This document shows positions 12,201 through 24,700 of a stretch of 64,000 bases of DNA, one piece after another. Origin of the DNA: Phoronis australis (Eukaryota > Animalia > Phoronida). The stretch lies in NCBI GenBank assembly GCA_002633005.1, contig NMRA01000362.1, positions 186,001 through 250,000 on the forward strand, given 5' to 3'. Each line of letters begins with the position of its first letter. Positions within the stretch are counted from its first letter, which is position 1. Below the pieces are notes generated by a model. It saw only the letters and a program-made list of their open reading frames with translations, did not search any database and had not been told where the DNA came from. Made by a program: the position numbers and the translations under genes.

Positions 12201-12504
12201 TATGTGTCAACCAATACTTACATGTAGTCGCGCACAAAATCAAAAGAAACAAAAAAATCAATGATTTTTGAGAATGACTTCAGTCGGTCAAAGAGAGGCT
12301 CAAAAGCATTGTTGGTTTATCAAAGTTTGACAAACCGGTGGCTTTTACCTCCATCTCTCTGAGCTTCAGCCTCCCGTTGGGCACGTTGTAGAATGTATCT
12401 TTTTGTTTCAAGATTGTCGCGTCACCATCAGCCAACTGTTGAACTATTTTCTCCAATTCATCAATGTTGCCAACACGTGCCTTAATTTCAACATTCGCCG
12501 GCAT
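9299..12504 (-). CDS. CYTH-domain protein (CyaB class IV adenylate cyclase/thiamine triphosphatase-like), 171 aa
   Basis: Four phase-0 exons: 12504-12349 (MPANVEIKARV..QKDTFYNVPNGRLKLREME), 11940-11836 (AQLIFYERSDDTGPKQSDF), 10378-10253 ([30 protein letters not shown]) and 9427-9299 (VQL..LLSGSYMDLLHNM*). All junctions are GT-AG and the motifs are typical of CYTH proteins. Confidence 0.92.
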
Positions 12505-14249
12505 CGTCAGATCGAACTTCTGTATAATGACAGATACAGTGCACAGATTAGTGCAATATAACAAATAGAAGAAATGGAGTTGTCCGGCCACTGCTCAGTA
12601 GTCTTACTGAAAGGCGTGAAGGTTAGGAACTTGGAAAACTGTCCAAGTTTGGAATCTTGAGGTTAAACCCTCAATAATACCTTTGTGGCAAAACTTTTTG
12701 TTGTTACATTGTGACCACGTGGCACTGCTGCAAGATTTATAGGCACAAGAGATGTGACCAAAAGCACCTTTTCCGAAGGACAAACTATCAGTAGTTAATC
12801 ATAAAATGATATCCAGCGAGAATTTCAAACCTTCCTTCCAGTTCGTCGCCAATTTCGCACCCCACCACCCTCGGTAATCAGCAATTGGCCTGGTCACTAA
12901 CTATTTATCCTTTAATTCCACAAGCCATGCAGTCCACTTCTTCCCACTGATACCCCCTTCCCTGCTTGTATGTTTTTCTCACGTTTTCCATTGTCCTCTG
13001 ATGGAATTTTTCTTGCTTTGCCTGAATATCATATAACTTTTACCCGGTTCTGGGGGATGGCAATTCCCCCCTCCGAATATAGGTAGAACATGATCCTGTC
13101 TGCGTAATCATGTAAAACACAGATTCACTGTCACTGAGCTAAACAAGCAGTAAGCTGGGTAGGTAGACCGCAGTGGGCCGCTGCATCCTGAGAGAGGGCA
13201 GGTGCCAGTCAGCACAGGCACACGTATGCTCAACAATGGAGGTGACTTTCTTAACTGCCAAGGCTAAGTTATTTTCATGCTCGTAAGCATGTAATTGGTT
13301 ACAAGTAGCACAACAAAAACGCCTTGCTTGTGAAATTGTATGATATTTTCATATTTGAGGCCCAGTCCTGGGAGGGGACCAACAATTTAGTGAATTTTTT
13401 TTTTTACTGACATTTTTCCCCATTCATGAAATAATGTTTTCAACAATGGAATCGATTCACCCTTTTCCTGTTTTTGTGAAATGATACAACTTTTATGTTA
13501 AGGACGCTTGACTTTTGGACGGTCACCCAATGATGGTTTCTTGGAAAGGCGGCTCAGGTCAATCATTCCTTTGCCCCCATTGTACACCAATGTAACAGTT
13601 CATGAAGTAAAATAGATAGCAATTCCAGTTGCTCAACCGCAAAACATGTTCATGTGAAGCACACCAACTTCAAGAAATGAGGCTGAAACAACCAAATTTG
13701 TGAAATGGAAACGAAATATCCAATACCATTTACCGTCATCCGAATATAGAAGTTTGAATTGTTTGGAAAATCACTAACTGTGAATATCACGACGACAATT
13801 TTTATTTCTAATGACAATCAAAATGTTCTTGAAACTTTCCCAAAAGATTTGTTAGAGCGTTCTTTTTTCTCGATGGTCATTATTTGAAAAGCATTTTTGA
13901 TGGCGACGGAAATGTACATAGAAGACATGCCAGGTCATTTATCACTCATATTTTCGAAGATTTTTTATGACCGTATTATGCCACAGCCCCAGCTCTCTGT
14001 GACCAATGGGAACTTTGGATCAAACCTTCTCCAGATGTTCAAAAGTCTTTTAAATTTCCAAGAATACAGTTGCGCGTTCAGTAAGAATCATAGTTTAGAA
14101 GTTGACAAAAAGGCTCAAATATTTTGCTAGCCACTAGTTGCCAGTGCAGTACGGTCAGAATAACCAATGACACGACAGAAAAGTATCGTGACCGTGCTGT
14201 TTCTCAGACATCTGCTTCTCAAAACAAAAAAGTTAATGCTAAGTCTAGT

Positions 14250-14650
14250 ACCAGTAGTGGAAAACCAAGGCAGTTGTCAGTTCCATTTATCTATGCTCAA
14301 GGAAAGCCTGCAGAATGCATCATTTGCCAGAAAATGGTGGGTTACAACTTCCAGACAACCACATAAAGAAAAGGAAACATGAAATTATTTTTTCCTCCTT
14401 GAAAGATAGAGTGAAAAGGACCTTAGTTGAAAAGACTATGAATTAAATTACATTAAAAATATCTTGTTTCAGTCTTGGAATTATCTTGAGATCTGAGCTT
14501 GACCCTATAAATTTGAAAATTTGCATTCAGGTGGCCATCCCAAACTCAGAAGCACTGGTGGCAGTTTTTTATGTGTAAGTGATCATCGCTGCATTTTATG
14601 AAATTCCAAACCTTTTTTTCAGACCATTTTGTTATGCCAAATGCAGTGGA
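14250..14650 (+). mobile_element. Possible heavily decayed hAT (Charlie/Buster-like) transposase fragment in a CYTH gene intron
   Basis: Translated patches PFIYAQGKPAECIICQKMV and EALVAVFYV*VIIA resemble the BED-finger and ALEASYxVAxxIA segments of Buster-type transposases. The frame is broken and no termini were found. Confidence 0.3.
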
Positions 14651-15486
14651 TGTAATTTGAGTTATACTAAAAGGAAAAAATATTCCGTGCTCCAAATTTC
14701 ACAATCAATTCAACTTTAGCTCAGATTTTGGTATCCCAAATTTTGGAAACTGTCCCAAACTGGAGAATTTTTTGTATAACTGGAAAAATGTTGATTCCTC
14801 CAGTTATGTGCCATCTTTTGTGCTATGGGTAAATGTTTCAGTTGTCAATTTACACAAAACTATTAATTTCCAAGATGGTTGTTTTCCATTTTTCAAGGGC
14901 TGAATTAGGGATCCTCAAAAGTTCACCATGTGCTGTTTATGACAGTTGCACAGTGGTGGTAGCGATGTCCATTTATCTGAAGGATTACTTGTAAAGAACA
15001 AGATAAATTTACCCACTGGCAGTCTGATTAGAAAATTCCAAAGAGTTCAACAGCTTCTTATCTCGTGGGGAAATCAAGGAGGTCCTTTGTGAGTATTTGT
15101 ATAAAACAATGTGGAAGTGCCAATTCAAATTAATTCTGATACGTTCCAGTTGAAGCCAACTGTCACGGTAATATCACAGACTAGCTGGTGTCTTTAGTTA
15201 GTAGGTTTTACATGTGCTTTGGTAGACGTACACGCTGTATAAAGTCTAAAGGCGAATATTTTTCGAATGGTATCTCTCCGGAAAACATTATATAGTAGAA
15301 GACTAAGCCCAGAACATCCGTCCACAGGGGGTGGCCGCTGGTAAAGCAAATGAAGTCGTGCCCCACGGGCTACCCCCGCCAAAAATTCCCACCGGTCTGA
15401 AGTATAGTATTTGTTTTGGTGGTTTGGGTCTCAGCCGGGTAAGTACAAGTTCGGTGCTGGGAGACAGGGCACTGTATGGCGAAAGC

Positions 15487-15595
15487 ACAGGCGTCCTCAG
15501 CTTACGCAGTCCCCAATACACTACATGTATATTGAAGTGACTGTGTATTGCCGTGTATTGGGGACGATCAGAAACTCAGAGCTGAGGACGCCTGT
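15487..15595. repeat. Palindromic MITE-like element
   Basis: ACAGGCGTCCTCAGCT..GTCCCCAATACAC is mirrored by GTGTATTGGGGAC..AGCTGAGGACGCCTGT. Confidence 0.7.
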
Positions 15596-15820
15596 AGAGT
15601 AGACAAAGTAGGCGCCCGGGCTACAGTAGGCCAATACAATGCCCGACTTCGAGTTGGACATGCCGTCGGGACTGTCAACAACGTCAAGTCAAAGTAGATG
15701 GATCACGACTGTTCACAATAAAAATTTAGGTATTGCGTTATGCTAAGACTATCCAGCTCACAAAGACAAAGGCACCAAAGGACGAACGAATCGGATGACC
15801 ACTAAAACAGTTGTACTCAC

Positions 15821-16250
15821 CGGTCACAGTGCTGCTTGTAGGCTACGAATCAAACCGCGCAAATCTTGACCTACTTTACGACCTGCCAGGTCAATAAATT
15901 ACTCCGCGTGAAGCAAGTTCAAATCATTTACTGTAAATTCTCAATAATAGATCTGTAATGATGCATTAACTTTAAATTAGACTATTTGACGATAGAAACA
16001 TGGTTTTGTACGATATTTAAATAATATGTTACGATGAATGATTAAATACTACTACACTACTTTCCTTGTACAGTAACACAGTTGTTCATCGCCATTTTAT
16101 CGGCCATATTTCTGTGCCGATTGTGTAGGCAGTTGATTTTATTTTTGGCTTTCATCTGTGCTGAGGGGTCCTTTTGCATATAGATGTTGCAAGAGTTACG
16201 GGAAAGTGCAATCTTTGGAACCTTAGTGTGATAAAGTAATCCATTTTCAG
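15821..16250. promoter_or_regulatory. Putative bidirectional promoter and non-coding first exons shared by the CYTH gene (-) and Suv4-20 (+)
   Basis: Minus-strand donor GTGAGT at 15820-15815 and plus-strand donor CAG|GTAACG at 16251. AT-rich core at ~15930-16060 and a YY1-like GCCATTTT at 16091. Both start-codon exons begin at splice acceptors (12519 and 18763), so upstream UTR exons are required. Confidence 0.5.
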
Positions 16251-17689
16251 GTAACGTTTTATTTTCATCTGTAAACTGTGTGATTTCCCTGTCGACCTGC
16301 CCGTTTGGTGGGTTCCAGCATTGTCCGAAACTCAATGGTTTACGGTTTGATTTGAAGGTCTGGTCGTGTTTACATTGTGTTATTCCTCCTCTGAATATTT
16401 TCTTCATTTTTACGTGGAACTCTGTAGGCTGTTGTGAACAATGCAAGGTTCTGCGTTTTTTCGCTATCGTTAATCGATACTTTTCCGGTATTTGAGATTA
16501 CATCCACACGAACTAATTTGCAGTTGACCCCATAAGTAGGTCAAATCACGATTTAGATTCATAATCAACAAATGACATGTTGTTGCCTAATTCAAATTAG
16601 GGCACCAAAATTCGATTTGCGTGTTCGGAAATTATAGCGCTTGGTGACATTTGTATTATTTTTCTAAAGTGCAAATAATTATAACCTCTTTTAATCATGC
16701 CATTGGAAGTGCACTCCACCAAAAAGGCGGGAGGAGTTAGCGTTTAAAACAATAATTCATCCCACCTTGGTCGGAATACGCCTCTACTGTTTGGCCTGTG
16801 TGACCCTTATACCCATAAACTCATGAAGACATTGCAGCTGTAGAGAAAGTACAGAGGAGAGCTGCGTGATGGGTCACGAGACGGTTCAATCATTTGTCGG
16901 ATAATCCTCTGTTGGTTCAATGTTAGAAACCCGCCCACCCTCAGCCACAGACGCAAAATCTGTCGGCTGAAAATGTTTTACAAATATGATAAGAAGTTGG
17001 TGATCGTCAACTCTGATGTTGCCCCTATCGCAGATCTTACTGTCTTGGGCATCTATACCAGAAGGTCACCCAACTATAGTATTCCAATAAATAGGACTGA
17101 TTGCAGGAAAAAACATTCTTTCCTAGCTCAAACGCTAACTGGAATATCTTGCCCATAGCTTGCCTGGCTACATTACATCAGTCCCTTATCTTGATATATT
17201 TGTCAGCAAGCTATCTGCCTTTCTAAAGTAACATAGTGGGGTGCCTCCATTTGGGGCACCTGCTTACTGTCTGCCTTATCTGTAAACGATGGTCTACTAG
17301 TAGCTGTGACAACCGACCTCTGAAGTGAGGTCCACTAGCTTGTCCTTCTCACTGATAAAAACATCAAAGTCGCACTGCTATAAGTACCTTTTGCTAATAT
17401 AGGGACACCCTTCAGTTGTAGGCTGTTGATGTATTTAATTCCTTTCAACTCGAGCAAAATACTTCCGCAATCAAACTTTTTTCAAGCAATCCTTCATTAA
17501 GATACCCAAATCAGCTCCTGGCCATTTTAAACTGCTTGCCCCAGAGGATTTGATGTCATATTTGGCAACTGAGCAAAGGACTGCTGAAAGAAAATTAGGT
17601 TTGCTTGCAGGAGTATTTGTTTGAGTTGGAAAGAATAAAAGACATTGACAGCCTCCTAAGGTGTCATGATCTAGGCGCAAAAAGTATGA

Positions 17690-17808
17690 CACTGGTCGGA
17701 TATAGTGGTCCCTGATTTAGAGAACCAGTTTCATCCACTAAGTAATGGGCCCGTTATTCAGTGACTGCATGGTTCACTAAATCTCAGGGACCAATATACC
17801 GACCAGTG
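17690..17808. repeat. ~120-bp palindromic MITE-like element
   Basis: CACTGGTCGGATATAGTGGTCCCTGATTTAGAGAACCA pairs with TGGTTCACTAAATCTCAGGGACCAATATACCGACCAGTG. The centre is the near-palindrome TAATGGGCCCGTTA. Confidence 0.75.
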
Positions 17809-18203
17809 CCAAAGGTATTTTTATTTATATTTATTGTTTAGTCTGTCATAATTCACCCTATGGGTTGGCCACGGTTTCTACTGCTAAGTAGAGACGGTGG
17901 CATTGTCTAGCAACCTGCTTTGCTAGGAAAACACAAATACATTGGCCTTGTTTTAGAAATGTCATAAAATATCGCATCCCCATATACTACTTAAATTCAT
18001 CCAACTTTCTGCTCTCAGAGCACAGCAGTAAAACTTCGCTGGCATTGGAAAGTTCAATACAATTAAAACACGAAAAAAATGGAATTATGGCAAAGCGGAA
18101 GCACCAATAAATAAACATGAGAAACCGATGTCGTGAAAACCAGTCCAGAAAACTAGCACATAGTCCTGTATCCATCCCTGTGTTAAGTCTTGGAATAAAT
18201 GTA

Positions 18204-18375
18204 TTTAACTGGCACCTTAGTCCAAAATATCCCTAACTTTAACTGGCACCTCAGTCCAAAATGTCCCTAACTTTAACTGGCACCTCAGTCCAAAATGTCT
18301 CTAACTTTAACTGGCACCTTAGTCCAAAATGTCCCTAACTTTAACTGGCACCTTAGTCCAAAATGTCCCTAACTT
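18204..18375. repeat. Minisatellite, 34-bp unit x5
   Basis: TTTAACTGGCACCT(T/C)AGTCCAAAATGTCCCTAAC repeats head-to-tail at 18204, 18238, 18272, 18306 and 18340, with no spacers. Confidence 0.95.
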
Positions 18376-18772
18376 GCTTAAGAAATGGCTAATCCCCCCT
18401 CCCTGTACTTTAAACTTGCTACATAGTCGACACGAGTAAACCAAACTTGACACTAAAAAATAATTACTTCAAACTCTTCACAGTCAAAGCCAAGTTGTGG
18501 AAAACACTGAAAGGTGTGTTGAAACGTTGTTTTCTCAGTCTTCTTGTATGTAACAAACACTGCTTATAGACACAAATCATAAGCTACGTCTACAAACAAT
18601 CTGGTCAACAAAAACAAGAAACGCTAAAGTGCCTCATGTAGAACGGAAGGGCATGTGCGTGCAATTTCTCTTCTAATTGAACAGGTTTTGATCAGTGAGT
18701 GATCAATATTCATGAAAAATAGAACTGTGCCGATTTCTATCCTTTCCTGTCTTCCCTTTCAGAGTCGCAGCC

Positions 18773-21700
18773 ATGGGTGTTGACAGTGGCGCTCGCCTTC
18801 AGTCCACTATAAACATGAGCCCTAAGGAGTTGTGTGAGAATGACGACCTGGCTACCAGCCTTGTACTAGATCCTTACCTCGGCTTCAGCACCCACAAAAT
18901 GAATCCCAGGTATGTCTCTCGTTTTTGACCAATGGTACGATTATGTCTGTGCCTGTAGACAGTCTTTTGAGGGTGATTGTAGATTTGTGGCGACCAAAAG
19001 GAAGGTTAGGTAGTCTTGGAATTGATTTGAGTTTGTCAACATTACTAGATGACTGTTTGTTTTATGTTAAGAAATTGGACAAAAAGTGATACTATTATTG
19101 CCCGCAAATCAAAAACATTATACGTAGACTGTCTGACAGATTAATAAATATATTAACAATAAATATCAAATGGATGATTACTGACCGATATCAGAATTAC
19201 AAGAGACAATTCCTATGGTATAATAACATAGTATGATCTACTTTACAAAAACACAGACAAACACTTATAAGAACAAAACACGAAAAGGCTTGAGTAATTA
19301 AAATTTGCGTTTTCTCTTCCAAATGTCGTTGTCTACTTTCCAAATTTTCTTAGGCACCTTTTTCTCATACGCTTTAGTTTTGTGACTTGACCAACACACA
19401 GTTGATCTAGATTCCGATTTTGCTGTGGCTCCCCCTACCCATCATTTGGAAGAGCACACCCCAAGCACACTCAGTAACAAATTGCCGAGTGAGAGTTGTT
19501 GGACGTGAAGTAACTGGTCTTGCATAATTTGCAGATTTCGGCCCAACAAAGTAATGCACGAGCAATGGAGGAGATCGGTGGTTGAGTTTAAGAAGTATCA
19601 AGACTACGAGAGGTGTTACAGGGCACTCATGTCGGGCGACTGGTCGAAAACATTCATGCTCACCAAGTCTAAAGCGCAACAAGAAGTTATAAAGGAACAC
19701 GTGAGCCTTTTTCATGTTTCGTAAGGGTGTGGAGCCATGTCAGCTGTCCGACTACAATATAGTCTGTAAACCATTTGGCTGATGATTAGTCTCACGATTA
19801 GTCCCCACAACTCAGCAGGTGCTCTTTTAAATCCAAACTGCATTGTCCATGACTAGTGATCAGAAATCATTCCTTAACCTACTGGGACTTGCATCTGAAT
19901 GGTGTTGAGTGTATTATGTGTCCAAAACGTGGCTCGTTACTCCACCCTTTATGTGTGACAATACTTGTACTTGTAGATCGTAGGAACGGCTCACCTACAT
20001 CATGCTCAGTCCGACTGGTCAAACTGTTGCTTGCAACCAAATATTATTATTTTGAGACCGGATTTCCTGGAAGGCCCCATAAATTCCTCCCCCTCATGGC
20101 TCCTTGTTTACTTATAAAGTGATACTGTTTCTCTTGTTGTTAGAGTTAAGTATCTCTGGTATAACTAAAGGCTTCGTTCACAAGTGCATGTTTGTTACTT
20201 AACCCGAGAACTACTGTGATGAACTGGCAGGTACTTTAAGTTTGTTAACGAAATCTAAATATCCACTCTGCAAACTTGCAGTTTAAATTGATTTACATAA
20301 CATTTCATTGTTTTCCAGATTTTCCGCTATATACGGATGTTTGACGCTGACGCCGGGTTCGAAGTGAAATCTTGTCATCGATACTCAATGGAGGGCCAAA
20401 TTGGTGGAAAGATATGTGCCACAAGAAAACTGTACGTGGTTATTTTGGATAGCTTAGAGTTTGTTGCAGAACACTTTGTAAATACCATTTTATTCACAGA
20501 GTGACATAGCACTCCTATTGCAGTGTATATAATCACTATTTACAGTACTTTTACTTGTAATCTCACTGGCTCCATTCTTAAATCTTTCATACATCATTTT
20601 CATAAGGCAATTGCGATTTTTACTGGACCATAGAAGACAGGGGCGAATCCAGGTTTTTTAAAGGTTGGAGTCGGACCAAGAATTTTTTAAAAGGGGTGGC
20701 CAAGTCAACAATTTGAAAATTCTAGATTTGACAAGACACTAAAATCAGGGAAAAAGAAGTGTCTGGAACCCCTTGACCCCCTGGATTTGTCTACGGAAGA
20801 TCATGTAAGTCTTGCGCTGCCAACCCAAAATCATATGTGTGTGACTTTAAGCCTTTTATTTGCCACCTCACTAAAGACTTTTGTTTAATTTGAGAAAACA
20901 AAGTATTTTTGCAGCAATGTTGACGTTGGTATTACTCGCACAACTTTTATTTGCATTGCATGAAATGTTTTGCTTGTCTTCAACCTGCATCTCCTCTTCT
21001 CAATGGAGTGAGGGGAAAATGAGGGAAACCAATGTATTTTATGGACAGTCTAAACAAATTTACGAAGTTACATGTGACATGAAAGCTTTCGATCAGGTGA
21101 TAACTGGATTGTGATTAGTTATTCTCCTCTGCCATAACTTGTCGGGGCAATAAGCACACTGGGTCTCGCTCTCCTGAGGAGAAGTGTTTTTATACCTTCT
21201 GAGAGACCAGGAATGTTTTGGTTGAGGGGAAAGTTCCTGCCCCTTCCCCTTGGTCACCTCTCCTTATCGGAAGGGTCTCAGATAGCCAAATCTAATATTT
21301 TGTGGAAGTGATTCTAGCCTTGGAGAAGACTTTGGGTCCTATGGGGGAAATCGCGCATGATATTTGGCACCAAAATCAAGGCATCGAGGGCCGCGAAGTT
21401 GTTCATACACAAATGTAGTAATCGTGTTTGTTCTAATGTGCCAAAAACTAACGTGATAGTGCTTTTTATGTTACAAGTGTCAACAGTGCAAACATCTGTG
21501 TTTAATTTCGCTTTAATTTTACTTGCACTACCAAGTAGCGGTAAATACAATCACATCACATTACAACACACCCAGCTTCTCATGTATGGCCGCTTATGCT
21601 GTTTCATTCTACAAGTAATATTTTTCTCTAATCCTAGATACCCTTTCTAATCTTCATTTTATGCCACACAGATGCAACGCTTGCAGTTGTACCAATTTCA

Positions 21701-24700
21701 ATGTCCTAGTGGCATCACCTAAGAGCAAACCACTGCATGCGAGTCTACAATGCAAACCCCACGATTTCATATTTGTACACAGTCTGTGATGCACAGGCAT
21801 ATAGTAGGGCACATGGTTGGACAATCTTACATGTTATATGAAAAAAATACAAGTAAAAACGAAAGCAGATCAGTTTATTTATATTTTTTAATTTTTATTC
21901 TCTCGTAAAGGTGATATGGTTACAGCAAATCTTGTTTATAATGAACATATCAGATAGGTCCCAGGAGGTACATTGTAATGAAGTTTCACTAGATTTAACA
22001 TCTATTCAGTTCCCCCCTTCTTCCTGTAGACGAAAGGACGACAGTATCGTGAAGCTGGTTGGGTGTATAGCCGAGTTGAGTCCAGAGGAGGAGAGTAACA
22101 TACTGCAATTTGGCGTCAACGACTTCAGTGTCATGTTTTCATGTCGGAAGAACTGTGCACAACTCTGGCTGGGACCCGCTGCATTCATCAACCATGACTG
22201 TCGGGCCAACTGTAAGGTGAGGGATGACGCGCTCTTAGTCAAGGAGGGAGTCTGTTTGAGATTCCTCGGTGGCATTGCAGGATCAGAGCAGTGCAGCTAT
22301 TATTCCAGGATAGTATGGTAATTTTGTAGGTACCTTGGGATGAAAGCGAAGCGTTGACTGGAATTGTGCCAAAAGTGTTGTTTTCATGTCAAAATTGTCT
22401 GCAACAATGCAAGTATTTTCTCCGGCAAATTTAAATGAAGGCAGATGAAAATTTTTGCATTGGAACACAATTGCCAGGTTTCAGAGTTCCATCAAATTTC
22501 ACAGGGCTGCTTTAGGGAAAATTAATCTTTGGTTAACACACTCCTTTTTCCGTTAAATTCCAAGCCAGACTGCTGTAAGCCAGTGTGGTATTTTTCGGCC
22601 TTTGCTCTTATGCTTATTGTATTCTGGTGACAAATAGACGTTATCAGTCCCACAGGTTTCTGACAATGCCATTTTCATGGCCTGCTGATAGGTACTTTCT
22701 CAGGATTGTGGATCCCATTGGGGCACAACAGATAAGCGGATTAACTAATTCCTGTAAAGAGATTCTTGCAAAGTTTCTGTCATTTTGAAATACATGCAAA
22801 CGCAGGTACAATACAAGACAAAAGTATTCAGCTGTGATGACAGCTGGACAGAAGCCAAATTGATTGTCAGAGTAATCATCGCCAAGGTCACCTTTGAAAC
22901 TGAGGTACAATGACCCCTAAGTTCAAAGAATTTGCCTTAACCGTAAAACTTGTTGTCAACGTGAAACTTTAATTGGCGCTCTCTAGCCAAAACATTTTTT
23001 TCAAGTAGCTAAGTGTGCAATTTGAAATAGAAAATTCACTGACATTAAAAATTTTTGCGCCAAAACTCTAGGACTGACCTTCCATACGAATGTCATCAAA
23101 CTGTTCAAAGTTTTTCAACGGTTGAAAAACGTCAGAAAACTGCCACGAGACAATGTATGCTGACGTCAAATGACTTGTTGTTGCAACTTCGAAATACTTT
23201 GATTTCGTGTGGAATTCTATGATTGGGTGGATCGAGTTTGTTCCTTGGCGCAGAATTCGTGTCTTATATTTGTTGCACAGTATGAGAGGCTGGGGTTGAC
23301 TTTCGTCCTGGTAAGTGTCAGTTTCTAGAACTGGGTCATTCTTAAATGTACTGCAGAAGATGCTAATAAGACTCTGATGTACCCAGCTACAACTGGCAGA
23401 GGTGACAATCATAGCTCTGGTTGACTCTAAATTGTGAGTGAAACGGTCAAAATACGAGTTGAAAATTGCCCTCACTTGAACAGGCGCTGAGCAGACGTAT
23501 GGTTTTATGCTGTCTTTTTTCTTTGTTTTACTTTTGTCACAGTTAATGAGCCTAAGTCCAGAAATACAAGTGTAGATATGCTGACACTTGTATTTTCTAT
23601 TGGACATTTTCACTTGTGTCTAACCCTGTACAACCAACTCGACAAACTGCAATAAAGGGTAACTTCAAAACTGCGTCAACTAGTTTGCTTGTCATTGTTA
23701 GGCTATGTGTTTTTCATAGCAGGCATCTGATAATGCAGGTAACATTGCTGTTTCTATTTCAGTTTGTGTCGACAGGACGCGACACTGCCTGCGTCAAAGT
23801 GCTGCGGGATATTGAGGTGGGGGAAGAGATCACGTGTTTCTATGGCGAGGATTTCTTTGGCGACGACAACCATCTGTGCGAGTGTCAAACCTGCGAAAGG
23901 TATTCATGCTTTTGGGTTTGCTGCATTTTACTAAGGCCTTTTACCGTAATAAATCTGGTCTCAGCTCATTCTATACTGAGATTAGAAGGAATTAATTGGC
24001 TTGAGATGAAATGATTGCTTATGGCAAGGGTGAATGAATTGCCTTAATGCGACTGATTATTTTATGCATCAAGAATGGTCTAAAGCAATAATGAACTCTC
24101 CATTCTTCCCAAGTCCTGAATTCTTATCAAGGAAAGTTGCGACTTGTTTTGCAGTAAGTGGATTAAATAAAAAAAGTTACAGAGGGCGGCTTTGTAACAG
24201 CTTCAGTGTATGAATAAACACCTCAATGGGGTGAAAATGTCCACCCAGTGCCAAATCTCTCATTCTTAAAGTGCATCTTTGGAAACAGTGGAGACAGTGT
24301 GCCTTCCCACCAAAACGTGTCACAATAGAAAGCCATTGTTACAGTCTTTTTGTTCGCTCCACGAAATTACGTGTGTAAGGGTGACAGGTGCAATACTAAC
24401 ATCAAAGAGATTGAATATGGCGTTTTTCTCAAAAATCACAACAGTACTCATTTTGTCTTTGTCATGACTACCTCAGAAGCCCTGGTTTTCCACAATAACT
24501 CTTTGTGGTTCTGGGGAGGTACCAGTAGTTTGTCAGCGGATGACAGAACCAGCTTTTGTTGGAATCCCATAAACGAGGATTGGTATACTTTTAAAGAGGC
24601 TTGCATTTGCATTCATTATGCCTCCTTGTTGAATTCATCATCTCACTTGCTACCATCCTTTGATAAACTGTTCTGCTTATACCACTGTCTGTGTCCTTTG

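Noticed and set aside
18204-18375. CRISPR-like array (34-bp repeats)
   Set aside because: The units are directly adjacent with no unique spacers, no cas genes are present, and the context is a eukaryotic intron.
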